64,000 bases of DNA from Naegleria gruberi (taxonomy: Eukaryota): the NCBI GenBank assembly GCA_000004985.1, contig GG738865.1; one strand, 5' to 3'. The notes below the pieces were generated by a model that ran no database searches, had not been told where the DNA came from, and was given only the letters and a program-made list of their open reading frames with translations. The position numbers and the translations under genes are program-made. Positions 9,689-20,107 of the stretch are shown piece after piece (the first letter of the stretch is position 1; each line of letters opens with the position of its first letter).

Positions 9689-11509
9689 TCATTGGTCTTC
9701 AGTTTGAAAGTTAAAGTTGTGAGCTTTGATTCTATCGGTCAGTCGAATGCTATCTTGTACGAAATTAATTGGATGAAGCATGTGTAAGTGGAAAATAAGG
9801 TCAGTACCCTTGTCTGGCATTTCTGATGGATCGAAACAAGTTGTGATGAAGGTCAGATACTTTTCTACTTGATCCTGGATCCAATCATTGGTTTCCTCTA
9901 AAGAGGGCATGCATTCGCTCAGCTCTACAACATGTTCCTTGAGGAATGCAATTGAATTGCATGGTTTTTCAAAGGAATTCATCAAGTCTGATTTGACAAT
10001 ACTAAAATTGAAATCCTCATTCTTAATTGGTGTTGCAATTAGTTCCAAAAAATCCATTTTTAAATCTGGGGGAAGTAAATGACTTGTTCTGACCTTATCT
10101 GAGTGTTGCTTTCTATTATTTAGTAATTTCCTCATGTCAATATCCGAAAGTTTGAATAGATTTTCCTGTTCAATATAATAATTATCAAGGAGTATCAAAT
10201 GTAGGCCAATTAATATATCATCTTCGACCAATAATTCATTGCAAGGAAGTTGTGGCAAGATATTTTCCATGAAATAGTTTGCCTTTTCTATCATTTTCAA
10301 CATGCATTTGTGAATCCATTCGAGTTCTTGGGGGTCCAACTGTTTGCTTATTTGAGGAGAAACTCTATTGGCAACTGATTTTAAAAATTCAATATAGAGA
10401 GGAATGGTATTTTCAAAATCAACTGAAAGTTCATTCTTTAAAATTGGCTTTTTCACACAAAATAGGCACTTCTCAAAGAGTTTCAATAGACTAGAGTCTC
10501 TTTTAAACTCTAAACAATGATCAGCATGTGGAATATAGGTATCAATTGTATGTGGTAAACAATTCACGGAAACTAGAATCTTCTTTGTTTGAATTTTGGC
10601 TAATCTTTGCATGAGAATGTGTTGTTCTGGAAGAAATCTCAAATTTTGCAATGGGTCAAAGTTCAAAATCATGAAAAAGAAAGTCTTGTCCTCAGCAGAT
10701 GCAAGCCGGTTAAACTCTTCAATAATTCTTTCTCCAAATAACTCAAATTGGAACATTCCACAAACAAAATATGTCTGCAACCAATCAAGGTCATACCACT
10801 GATTTAACTTTCTTAAGGAATCACTCTCATCTTTGAAATAACTCAATGTTCTACTCATAAATATCTGATTGACAGTATTAGAATCGTATAAAATTATCTT
10901 ATGCCACTTTGAACTAACAAATGAACATTTTTCAATGAGAAATTTGGTATCAATAAACTCAAATATCAAAGCCAACACATGATCTTCGATTGTCAATTTA
11001 AACTTCTTGTCATTTTCACCTGCAATTGATTTCTTCTGACTACTGTATGCAGCACCCTTCCAGATTATATCAATAATTTGCAAAGGATCAAGATAACGGT
11101 CATAAATAGCTTCCAAATCAATATCTATTGAGAGAATATCATTATCCATTCGTGGCACAATTGCTTTATAAGAATTGTCAGCAGAGTTGTGTAATTCAAT
11201 CGAAGTGAATGTCATTTTCATTTCTTCGACACTGTCAAATGTTGCAAATCTCTCTCCATCAACAATTTTCGAATCTCTCATATAGGGTGATTGTTCATCA
11301 TCTATTTCAATGTCTTCACTTGTTTCTCCTCCAACCGAAAGAAAGAGAAAATTATCTAGAGGACTCACATAAGAATCACATGTTGTTGATAATTTAGTAG
11401 GAATTTTGTGATTGAATAACCATTGATCGATGAGTGATGTGGCATTTAAAAATGTTCCTTCTCTGTCATCGTTGAAATCATACCATCCTCCCTCTCCATC
11501 ACACGGCAT
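9689..11509 (-). CDS. Hypothetical conserved protein (606 aa), no domain recognised
   Basis: A 606-aa intronless ORF of ordinary composition starts at an ATG at 11509, in the same orientation as the receptor gene downstream. It may be a trafficking or tethering-type helical protein, but I could not assign it. Confidence 0.45.
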   Translation of the reverse strand: MPCDGEGGWYDFNDDREGTFLNATSLIDQWLFNHKIPTKLSTTCDSYVSPLDNFLFLSVGGETSEDIEIDDEQSPYMRDSKIVDGERFATFDSVEEMKMTFTSIELHNSADNSYKAIVPRMDNDILSIDIDLEAIYDRYLDPLQIIDIIWKGAAYSSQKKSIAGENDKKFKLTIEDHVLALIFEFIDTKFLIEKCSFVSSKWHKIILYDSNTVNQIFMSRTLSYFKDESDSLRKLNQWYDLDWLQTYFVCGMFQFELFGERIIEEFNRLASAEDKTFFFMILNFDPLQNLRFLPEQHILMQRLAKIQTKKILVSVNCLPHTIDTYIPHADHCLEFKRDSSLLKLFEKCLFCVKKPILKNELSVDFENTIPLYIEFLKSVANRVSPQISKQLDPQELEWIHKCMLKMIEKANYFMENILPQLPCNELLVEDDILIGLHLILLDNYYIEQENLFKLSDIDMRKLLNNRKQHSDKVRTSHLLPPDLKMDFLELIATPIKNEDFNFSIVKSDLMNSFEKPCNSIAFLKEHVVELSECMPSLEETNDWIQDQVEKYLTFITTCFDPSEMPDKGTDLIFHLHMLHPINFVQDSIRLTDRIKAHNFNFQTEDQ

Positions 11510-12012
11510 TTTTTTTTATTTGTGAAAATGTATTGTAATAGTCCAGTTTATGAAGTAATGGGATCAATTTCGGGTATGCATTTCGGATCAAATCAGAATT
11601 GCACCAATGTGAGAATTGTAATCATCATCAAGGACTCCTTAGTTGAGTAGGAATCATAGATGGTTGAAAAACAATTAATCTATTGGAAGTAATGAATTGT
11701 TCATCCTTAAACACTGTATCAACCCATCTAGATGTATGCGTTTCGCTAATTGTTAGAAATATCTAAACTGTAACTGAGTTCAATTGGTGAGTATTATTTA
11801 TTTCAATGCGGATCTTGAGGGTGAGGCTTAATTATCATGTTGTTGAATCGATTGTTAGGTGTAACGAGTATTGCTTGTTGAAGATGTTCAATGTCAATAC
11901 TGTTACTGCAGTCGGTACGTAAATTCAATATATATATTCTGATGATTTTATTTCTAATTGTATAGAATGTCCACCTGCTGCTTGCTCTCTTTTTAAGGGT
12001 GAACGGATTAAT

Positions 12013-12600
12013 TTGAAGAGTTGTGAATGTATAATGTTTTTAGATCAAATTACTGTTCCTGCTCTCCTTACTGTTGTCAATCCATCTAAGAATATTGGAT
12101 CTCTTTCCATGAAAGTTGGAGGTGATGAATTCTCCTCAGCTCTGGTTCCAATGGATTTGTCAATACTATTCCTCTCCAAGTTGCACACAAAAACCTCATT
12201 CTTCTCAATAATGGATCTCGAATAGTTCAATTGGGAACTATCCAGGAAGTCCAACTATTTGGTTATGTTGTTAGTGGTAAAACTCCTGTTATTTGAAAGA
12301 AATAGTTCCATTAATTTGGAACCATTGGAAAGTGCAATAAGAGCAACCACTGCAAGTTATGAAGAATTCAATTTCTGTCCATCTGCTCCAGGTAAAATAA
12401 TGATGTATTATTCTTCATTTACTCTTTCCATTCCTTTCAGCGACACAACTTGTAAACGATCTGGAAAAACAAACTATATGGGTGCTAATGTTTATATGGT
12501 TAATGTTTCCAATCTTAAAGGTGGCACTATTGAGGTATCTGATATGGTATATTAATAAACCAGTACATACCAAGTTATTATTCTACAACTTTAAAGAATA
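12013..12600 (+). other. Possible small spliced gene in an otherwise ORF-poor 1.4-kb gap
   Basis: ORFs at 12013..12225 and 12259..12555 lie in different frames. A well-formed candidate intron (GTAAAATAATG..TTCCATTCCTTTCAG, ending about 12440) has a pyrimidine tract. A hairpin (tcctggc-N15-gccagga) lies near 12640..12680. There is no recognisable homology. Confidence 0.2.
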
Positions 12601-12979
12601 TAGTACTACAACCTTGCTAATATAATATTTTAAAGTTGAGTGGCAGCTTTGCTTCCTGGCTTGATGGTTGCTTTGCCAGGAGCAATTTTTTAAAACATTC
12701 AATTTACTGCGTGACAATTCAATTCTCAATCTTTAATAATGAGATTTAAATAAAAACAAAAGAACTGCTGTTATGGAAATAAGGCAACACCAGTCTTTCC
12801 TTTTTGAAAAATTTAGACAAATGACGTTACACTGCGGTGACAAGTAGAACTTTTAAAAAAAAATAGCTATTCACAACATTCATCAAGAAATGGGTGGAAG
12901 TGGTAAGTTTCATCATCCACTATCGAAACTAAACTAAACTAAAGTTTCTAGATCAGATCTTGGTTTAAAACCATGGTTT

Positions 12980-14551
12980 ATGCTTTACGAAATCGAAGAA
13001 AATTTAAGTACGGGAGACATTGTTTTATTTTCAACAAGATCCATACCCGGAAGAACATTCAGACATTGCACAGAATCTAAATATTGTCACGTAGGAATAA
13101 TTGTTAAACTGCCAAAATCTGACAAATCAAATTATGGAAACTCTGAGAATAGTAATATATTAAACACAACAGGAATGAAACAACCACCAACAGCAGAACA
13201 TGTCTATGTATTAGAAGCACAAGTTGATTATGATGGATTATTAGAAATTGCAAAATCAGCTGCTTCCGATTCAACCTCTACAAGTCAACAAGCTGCAATC
13301 AATTTTAAAGTTAAAACTTGGGCAAGTTTACAAAGATTGAGCTCAAAATTATATAGTGGATATTATGATTTAGTTTCGGTTAGAAAGTTGAAATATTTAC
13401 ATGGAAAGAAAGGTGCTGATAAAATTCAAGAAGAATTAATGGATTTATTATTTACTAGAGATTCTAATAATTCAGCAACTGAAGAGGGAAAGATTTCGAA
13501 TATTCTTGAGAATGGTATTTCATTTACAATTCATCCACATTATTTCCAAAACTTTTTTAGAGATTCATTGTTTGAGAATGGTTTAATTTATGCTTCTCCA
13601 GTTGAGGATCGTCAAATTATTGTGAGTGCTTATTTCACCGCTTTTATTTATCAGAGATTGGGAATTTTTGATATGGAAAACAAATCACTCATTACAAAAT
13701 TCACACCATTCCATTTTTCTGAAGATTCCACTTACAAATTACCTTTCAACAAGTCATTTGTAATGGGTTTGGAAAGTCCAATGTACATTTATTTGGATTA
13801 TGAAGTATTTGCTGATCAGGTGAAAGTGGAAAACAAACCTCTTCCGCTTCCTGTAACTGATTTTCCAATTGTTGATAAAATTGTGAGAGAGAGAATGACA
13901 TTTAATGAGTCAATTCTTGGTACATTGAGATCTGGTGATTTGATTTTTACTCAGGAGGAATCATCTGTTGGAAAGGCAATAAGAAGAGCTTGGAATGGTT
14001 CAGTATTCTCTAGAGTGGGTGTTATCATTAGAATTCAAGGTCAACACTTTGTTTATGACATAGCTCCATATTATGTGAGTCAGGAGGAAGCCAAAATACC
14101 TCAAACAAAGATTTTAGAAGGAAGAATTCAATCATTACACTCCTATATTCACTCAACTCCATTCACTAAAGTAACTGTGAGAAAATTAGAAAATGAAGGA
14201 ACCAATGTTTCTGTCAGAATGCAAGAAAAACGTGTTCATGTAGCTCTAGAATTCCAACAAACATTGGAATGTCCACTCAATAAGAAGATTCGTGAAGTTT
14301 TTGATAATATTGATGCTAACAGTTATATTCCAAGAATTAGATTTGATATTTCAGGAGTTTTCTCATGTGTATTTGTATTACTAATGCTCAAACAATTGAG
14401 ATTAATTAATGTGAGTGATGAACCAGCTGATCTTTTATCTTACACTCCTCAGAGTATTCTTGATTTTAAGAAATTGAATGGTGATTACAAATTAACTGAT
14501 GAATTAACTGTATTGAATGCCTTTGTTACAACTGGTAACCATAAAGTTTGA
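12980..14551 (+). CDS. Protein with two tandem YiiX/DUF830-type (NlpC/P60 superfamily, permuted papain fold) domains
   Basis: The 523-aa ORF contains an internally duplicated motif: GDIVLFSTRSIPGRTFRHCTESKYCHVGIIV in the N-terminal half and GDLIFTQEESSVGKAIRRAWNGSVFSRVGVIIR in the C-terminal half. Both fit the GD.iF..s...s.aI...t.S.ysHvGI pattern of bacterial YiiX and poxvirus G6R-like putative amidases. Confidence 0.5.
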   Translation: MLYEIEENLSTGDIVLFSTRSIPGRTFRHCTESKYCHVGIIVKLPKSDKSNYGNSENSNILNTTGMKQPPTAEHVYVLEAQVDYDGLLEIAKSAASDSTSTSQQAAINFKVKTWASLQRLSSKLYSGYYDLVSVRKLKYLHGKKGADKIQEELMDLLFTRDSNNSATEEGKISNILENGISFTIHPHYFQNFFRDSLFENGLIYASPVEDRQIIVSAYFTAFIYQRLGIFDMENKSLITKFTPFHFSEDSTYKLPFNKSFVMGLESPMYIYLDYEVFADQVKVENKPLPLPVTDFPIVDKIVRERMTFNESILGTLRSGDLIFTQEESSVGKAIRRAWNGSVFSRVGVIIRIQGQHFVYDIAPYYVSQEEAKIPQTKILEGRIQSLHSYIHSTPFTKVTVRKLENEGTNVSVRMQEKRVHVALEFQQTLECPLNKKIREVFDNIDANSYIPRIRFDISGVFSCVFVLLMLKQLRLINVSDEPADLLSYTPQSILDFKKLNGDYKLTDELTVLNAFVTTGNHKV

Positions 14552-14660
14552 GTTATTTGACTCTAAATGTTAACTCTCAAAATCTTTGTTGTTCTTTTAA
14601 AGTCATGAATAAAATTTTCGCGCCAAAATTGTATTATTCAAAAAAACACAAGTAAAAAAA

Positions 14661-16835
14661 ATGGTTTCATCACCTGCCATGATCGACCCACCTTCACCAA
14701 CACAAAATGATACACAGAGTAGTGTATCACAATTTCCGGAGGAGCCCGAATGGTTGAAAACAAGACAGTTTTTAACGCATGATTTTTTAAAAAAGCAAAC
14801 AGGTGAATTGAATGTTGCTCAGGGTTTTTCTCTTGAATCACTCCCATCAAAAGTACAGGAATATATTATTATTGAAGAATTATTAAATTGTTTGATGGGA
14901 TTTGAAGGAAAATATATTAGATGTGTTTCACAAATTGAAACCGATCAAGATTCGTATATGACCACTGAAGAAGGTCTTCCGATCACTGATATCACATTAT
15001 TGGAAACTTACAAATATTCTCTTCTTTGTGAAATCGACTCTTCACTCCATGATATGGTAAATAGAATATTACCACTTTGTGAAAAACATACAAGAGTGTC
15101 TAGTTTTTTGGAAAAAAGATCGGGTTATGGTAATGGTCTTGTTTGTCAGGCATTTTGCTCGGCACTGAGAGCTTTGGAAAAGGAATACCTTATGTTTATT
15201 AATCAATTGGATTTACTCTTCAAACAAGATCAAATATCTCTACAAAAATTATACTATCACCTTCAAACAGGTGCTTGGAAAACAATTGAAATTTTGGATA
15301 GATTGGTTGGAGAAATATTGAAGGATAATGCAAAAGGAGGTTCTTTATTGAATGTGCTTCAAAATGTTTCCAGAGTAATTAGTTCAGATGAGAAAACTCA
15401 AAAGTTATTCAATTTTATTTTTACCAAATCGTGTGCTCCCTATTTTGAAATGATAGAGTCGTGGATTTTTAAGGGTGAAATTGAGGATTTATACGAAGAA
15501 TTTTTCGTAGAAGAAAATAAGAATGTAAGAAAGGAACAGCTACTTGAAGATTTTAACTCATTATATTGGGATTCCAAATACTCCATAACACGAGAGGTGC
15601 CATTCTTCTTAACAAAGCTTAGTGATAAGGTTTTAACTTGTGGTAAATATTTGAGTTTACTCAAAGAATGTGGCCAGCGAGTGGATAAACGTATTGTAGA
15701 TAGAATTAATTTTGCTGATGGGAAAGCAATATCAATAATTGAAGAAGCTCACAATCATGCTGCCAAGCAAGTTTTGGATTACTTCTTTGGAGATGTCAAA
15801 GTAATGGATCGTTTAAAGTCCATTAAGTATTATTTTTTATTCGATCATGGTGACTTTTTCGTGCACTTTATGGACACAGCAGAACAAGAGAATGAACTTG
15901 CCAAGAAGAGTACGGATGTTTCGTTATCGAAACTTCAATCCTCGATAGAATTTGCTGCCAAAACTTGCTCGATACCCAACGACGAATATAAGGATAATCT
16001 CACCTGTAGTTTGAAACCTATGAATTTGGCCAACTTTTTAAGTATTATCAAACAGCTTTCCTCATCCAACAGACTGGATGCAGCAGTGCTAGAACAGCAA
16101 CAATTACAAGAATCTCCAATTGAGGGCTATGAAGCATTCTGTTTAGAATATAAGGCAGAGTGGCCAATGTCTCTCATCATCAATAGGAAGAATATTACCA
16201 AATATCAAATTTTATTCAGACACTTATTCTGCTTTAAGTATGCAGAAAGATGCCTCTGTAATACTTGGATTAATCACAAATTTTCAAAGGAGCTGAAATT
16301 GGGGACATCCTTCTCAACATTTTATGCATTAAGGCACAAGATGATACATTTCATTCAACACTTTTTATCATATGCTCTCATAGAAGTTGTTGAAAAGAAT
16401 TGGGTAGAAATGGAAAAGAAAATCAAAACAGCAACAAGTATAGATGAAGTTATCAAGAGTCACGATCAATTTTTGGATTCTTCACTGAATGGCTGTTTAG
16501 TTTCTTCCACTGATGCCTTCAAGTGCTTGACCAAGCTTGTATCTTGTTGCAACAGTTTTTCAAAATACATGAATCAATTCTCCACTGTAATTAGTAATAA
16601 TTTGAATGAAGATGTTCAGGAATCAGATGAACTAACAGATAAATTCGAAAGAAGACGTGAAAGAATAGAACAAGCATCTGAACTGGCTAAAAACACAGTC
16701 CAAGATGACAATTATAGACGAGCCATTTTAAAATTCACCCAAGTATTCGAGACAACCCTTAATCAACTCAGATCTCATACAGCTCACATTTTTACATTAT
16801 CCATGAGTTTTGACAAGGAATCAACTCACTATTAA
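14661..16835 (+). CDS. Gamma-tubulin complex component (Spc97/Spc98, GCP family)
   Basis: A 724-aa intronless ORF starts at an ATG at 14661. Its length and helical GRIP-like organisation, with segments such as ..LLNCLMGFEGKYI.. and ..FLFDHGDFFVHFMD.., are typical of GCP2-GCP4. Confidence 0.65.
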   Translation: MVSSPAMIDPPSPTQNDTQSSVSQFPEEPEWLKTRQFLTHDFLKKQTGELNVAQGFSLESLPSKVQEYIIIEELLNCLMGFEGKYIRCVSQIETDQDSYMTTEEGLPITDITLLETYKYSLLCEIDSSLHDMVNRILPLCEKHTRVSSFLEKRSGYGNGLVCQAFCSALRALEKEYLMFINQLDLLFKQDQISLQKLYYHLQTGAWKTIEILDRLVGEILKDNAKGGSLLNVLQNVSRVISSDEKTQKLFNFIFTKSCAPYFEMIESWIFKGEIEDLYEEFFVEENKNVRKEQLLEDFNSLYWDSKYSITREVPFFLTKLSDKVLTCGKYLSLLKECGQRVDKRIVDRINFADGKAISIIEEAHNHAAKQVLDYFFGDVKVMDRLKSIKYYFLFDHGDFFVHFMDTAEQENELAKKSTDVSLSKLQSSIEFAAKTCSIPNDEYKDNLTCSLKPMNLANFLSIIKQLSSSNRLDAAVLEQQQLQESPIEGYEAFCLEYKAEWPMSLIINRKNITKYQILFRHLFCFKYAERCLCNTWINHKFSKELKLGTSFSTFYALRHKMIHFIQHFLSYALIEVVEKNWVEMEKKIKTATSIDEVIKSHDQFLDSSLNGCLVSSTDAFKCLTKLVSCCNSFSKYMNQFSTVISNNLNEDVQESDELTDKFERRRERIEQASELAKNTVQDDNYRRAILKFTQVFETTLNQLRSHTAHIFTLSMSFDKESTHY

Positions 16836-16862
16836 GCAAATTTATTAATAATAAATTTAAAA

Positions 16863-18038
16863 ATGGCGGCAAAATCTACAGTTTCAAAGTTAGAAAAAAT
16901 GTCTAGTGATGAGTATGATGAACCACTCTCTCCAAACACTCTCTACAGGGAGCAGTTGGGAAGTATGTTTGATACCTACAAATCAATGCAAGAGCAGAAG
17001 GAAACAATCACGTTGGAGGAAATAAGAGAAGTCATACAATTATCAAACCTGAATATTTCGATTGTGGATTTTACTGAGGCATACAAGATGAAGATCGGAA
17101 TGGATAGGAGTGCAACTAGGGAAGAATTTATTTCGATACTGAAGGATATTCTATCACCACCTTCCGATGCTGATTCAAGTCCTAAAACAGCATCACCTAG
17201 AATTAATTCCTCATTGGATTTTCAAGAAAAATGTATTATGGATGTAAAGAGAGAAAAACATTTGACGGAACATAAGAGATATATTAGGGATCACCCTTTA
17301 TTGCATCAAATATTGTTTGATTTCTTGAATACTACTTTGATTTATCAGCCGGATGATGTCTTTTCGTTTGCCTCAGAATATTTCGAAAAGCTGTCTGCAG
17401 TTTCAAGAAAAATCAAGTCAAACAAGAAGGTTCTTATAGTTTCTGGAGCTGTTGTATCGTCAAGCAATTTTGCATTCAAGGTGCAATCAACTTTCCCTCA
17501 TGACATTGAAAGAGCTGTGAGCTATACAACAAGAAAACCTAGGTCAGACGAAGTGGAAGGAGTTCATCACTTCTTTGTGCCTTCCAATGAAACAATGAAA
17601 GAAATGATGAAAGATCACATGTTTTATGAAATTGTACAGATAGGAAATGATTATTATGGAAATGCAAAGAGTGAAATTGATTCTATACTGGAAAAAGACA
17701 AGGTTTGCCTTGTGTTTGCTAACTTGAAAGGAGTTCAACAATTACAAATGATTTTCAAAGAACAAAATATCAATACTGCCACAGTTTATGTCAAACCTGT
17801 CACCACAGCCAAGTATTCAACAAGTATAACAAAGCTTTCAAACGAAGAAATGAGTTTCGATTATTGTTCAAACAGAGTTGCCATGATAGAAGAGGAGATT
17901 AAGCAAGATTTATACAGTTTCTATGATTTTGTAATTGCTTTTGATGATATCTATATGCCTGAAAGTGAAATACCACTAGAGTATGAAATGCCAAATAATC
18001 TTTACAATTTCATTTACAAATTTATTAGCAATAAATAA
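16863..18038 (+). CDS. Guanylate-kinase-like protein with a degenerate P-loop, preceded by a RIIa/Dpy-30-like motif
   Basis: The GK fold is clear (SYTTRKPRSDEVEGVHHFFVPSNETMKEMMKDHMFYEIVQIGNDYYGNAKSEI..VCLVFANLKGVQQL). The GxxGxGK P-loop is replaced by VLIVSGAVVSSSNF, so the domain is probably catalytically inactive. Upstream, LIYQPDDVFSFASEYFEKL resembles a RIIa dimerisation/docking motif. The ATG lies only 27 bp after the stop of the preceding gene. Confidence 0.55.
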   Translation: MAAKSTVSKLEKMSSDEYDEPLSPNTLYREQLGSMFDTYKSMQEQKETITLEEIREVIQLSNLNISIVDFTEAYKMKIGMDRSATREEFISILKDILSPPSDADSSPKTASPRINSSLDFQEKCIMDVKREKHLTEHKRYIRDHPLLHQILFDFLNTTLIYQPDDVFSFASEYFEKLSAVSRKIKSNKKVLIVSGAVVSSSNFAFKVQSTFPHDIERAVSYTTRKPRSDEVEGVHHFFVPSNETMKEMMKDHMFYEIVQIGNDYYGNAKSEIDSILEKDKVCLVFANLKGVQQLQMIFKEQNINTATVYVKPVTTAKYSTSITKLSNEEMSFDYCSNRVAMIEEEIKQDLYSFYDFVIAFDDIYMPESEIPLEYEMPNNLYNFIYKFISNK

Positions 18039-18039
18039 T

Positions 18040-19284
18040 TTAAACAGATTCATTGTTTTGAGTGTTTGGATCTGACTCAGTAGTTGTATTACCGCCATCA
18101 GTTAAGAAGCTTCTAACATTTGTTCTGCAGATTGGGCACTTATCAATTCTTGAAAAACATTCATGACAAACACACTTATGTTTGCATGGTAAAATAGTAA
18201 TATCTCTTGGTTCAGAGAAACAAACAATACATTCCTCAACTTCGTTTTCATCATTCTCATCGGCACCGTATACTTCTTCCAATTCAAATAATTCTGACTC
18301 AGTTTGAGCAAATATTTTAACAACATTTCCTCTATAATATACACCTTCTTCCGAGTTTTCATATCTCTTAAAATTACAAATCACGTAAAGTGATTGGAGT
18401 TCTCTATCGTAATCAAGTGAGCTATCTTCTCCCTCATATCTTTTTAAGGTATCTGATGAATTAGTTGGTTTCAATACAATAACAAGTGGAAGTTTAGAAT
18501 CGGATTGGATTGTTTCATCTTCGTCAGCAAGTAAATCACGAGTAAGTTGATTACCCAATCTTTCTTCCTCTGTATTCTGAATTTCAGGTGCTGTTGTTTC
18601 TACTTGGCCTTCAGCATTTTCAGCTTCCTCGTTATTGGTATTATTATTTGTTTGAGGAGTTTCTCTCACAATTAGTGATGTAAAATAATTATCAACTACG
18701 TTTTGATCAATCATTTCGTCCACAGGCATTTCAAATGATTGGTTTAATCCCTTATCAAAATAAATAAGATCACTCTTTTCTACATATTCCTCATATGTCA
18801 AAAGTCTATTCATATCTATTTGAGAAAGAGGAGTTTCATAAACTGATGCTGTAATATCATCCACTTGATTTTCATTCACATCCAATAAACCTCTTTCCAT
18901 ATTTTCGTCATCCTCCAAATGTTGATCTTGTTGATAATTTTCCTTTCCTTTCTCCTTTGCTTCATTTACAATTTTTTCAAAGTTATCCTTAAAAGGTTGT
19001 AAAATTTTTCTCTTGAAAGATAATTCTGAAACACCCCAAAATAATTGAACACTTGATTTGACAAGAGTGTCAAAATTAAACTTTACACCATTCAATTTTC
19101 TTTGATCATCTTGAGCAGTAATGCATGAAAAAGTATTCTTCTTCAAATGAACAGTGCCATTAACTCTATTTACAGTTAAAACAGGTGAAGTAATACTTCC
19201 TCTAAAAAGTGCTTGGACATACGAACGAATATTTCCTTCTCCCCACATACTTTCAATATTATCAAAATTTGCAATCTTTTCCAA
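18040..19284 (-). CDS. RING-type E3 ubiquitin ligase, MGRN1/LOG2-like (5' end unresolved)
   Basis: A C-terminal C3HC4 RING (ECIVCFSEPRDITILPCKHKCVCHECFSRIDKCPICR) and the preceding ..VYGADENDENEVEE.. match the MGRN1 family. The track start is a TTG directly preceded by a TAA, so the initiator must lie in an upstream exon. The end of this gene is 1 bp from the stop of the convergent GK-like gene. Confidence 0.6.
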   Translation of the reverse strand: MEKIANFDNIESMWGEGNIRSYVQALFRGSITSPVLTVNRVNGTVHLKKNTFSCITAQDDQRKLNGVKFNFDTLVKSSVQLFWGVSELSFKRKILQPFKDNFEKIVNEAKEKGKENYQQDQHLEDDENMERGLLDVNENQVDDITASVYETPLSQIDMNRLLTYEEYVEKSDLIYFDKGLNQSFEMPVDEMIDQNVVDNYFTSLIVRETPQTNNNTNNEEAENAEGQVETTAPEIQNTEEERLGNQLTRDLLADEDETIQSDSKLPLVIVLKPTNSSDTLKRYEGEDSSLDYDRELQSLYVICNFKRYENSEEGVYYRGNVVKIFAQTESELFELEEVYGADENDENEVEECIVCFSEPRDITILPCKHKCVCHECFSRIDKCPICRTNVRSFLTDGGNTTTESDPNTQNNESV

Positions 19285-19313
19285 TTAATGATTATTTGTT
19301 CCTATGATTATTA

Positions 19314-19682
19314 TTAGATAATATAACATACATTCACAATATTAAATGCTCCTGATCGGATAACATAATACAAATAAGAATTTGAAAATGTAGTTTTCAA
19401 TAATCTAAAAAACCAATACAACAAGAATACATAAATCATCATTATAAATAAATTATACATTTCTGGACTGAAAACATTAGGATAAATAACATCCGATGTT
19501 GATGAAAATATGAACCACCAACTTGCAGAAGTAGTACTAGTCATTTCTCCACCAGCAGTATTACTCAACGAAGCTCCTCCTCCAACAATACTATTCGTTA
19601 CATCCCCTAGCCAACTACCAGAAGAAGCTCCTCCAACAGCCTGATTCAGAGAGGATGAGAAGAGAGCGTGCTCTGATTTCAT
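19314..19682 (-). CDS. Gly/Ser-rich ORF, possibly the 5' exon of the RING gene or an independent small protein
   Basis: The ORF has an ATG start. A GTATGT donor after ..FNIVN and a phase-0 acceptor ..GGAAAAG|ATTGCA would join it to the RING ORF through a 57-bp intron. The hydrophobic tail of this ORF argues against the link. Confidence 0.2.
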   Translation of the reverse strand: MKSEHALFSSSLNQAVGGASSGSWLGDVTNSIVGGGASLSNTAGGEMTSTTSASWWFIFSSTSDVIYPNVFSPEMYNLFIMMIYVFLLYWFFRLLKTTFSNSYLYYVIRSGAFNIVNVCYII

Positions 19683-20107
19683 TTTTTATCTTTGAATCTA
19701 ATGTTGTATTAGAACCTCATCATTGATGATAAGAAACTATCCTAACTGTAGACTGATGTTCCGATTGATCTATTGATGGAGAAATTATGTTGCTGAAGAA
19801 TAATTTAATGTTTTTGATGAAGAAGATGAAGCAGCCAAATTTTGATGAATCAAACAAAAGGCTTGATTTTGCAATAACAATAAAAATAAAATTAGATTCA
19901 AAAAAAAATATTCAACCACACATTGTTCCGTTTTGTTGTTGTTACTATTTTTAGCCTTGAAAATCACATTGTAGCTTGTACAAATTGTTAAATAATAATA
20001 CATCATACTCTCTGATCATCGTATTGTAGTGATATAGAGTACCTAGGAGTAAATTGATTTAATATTCCGATTGATTTTTGTATCATACAAAATATAGATT
20101 AAAAAAG

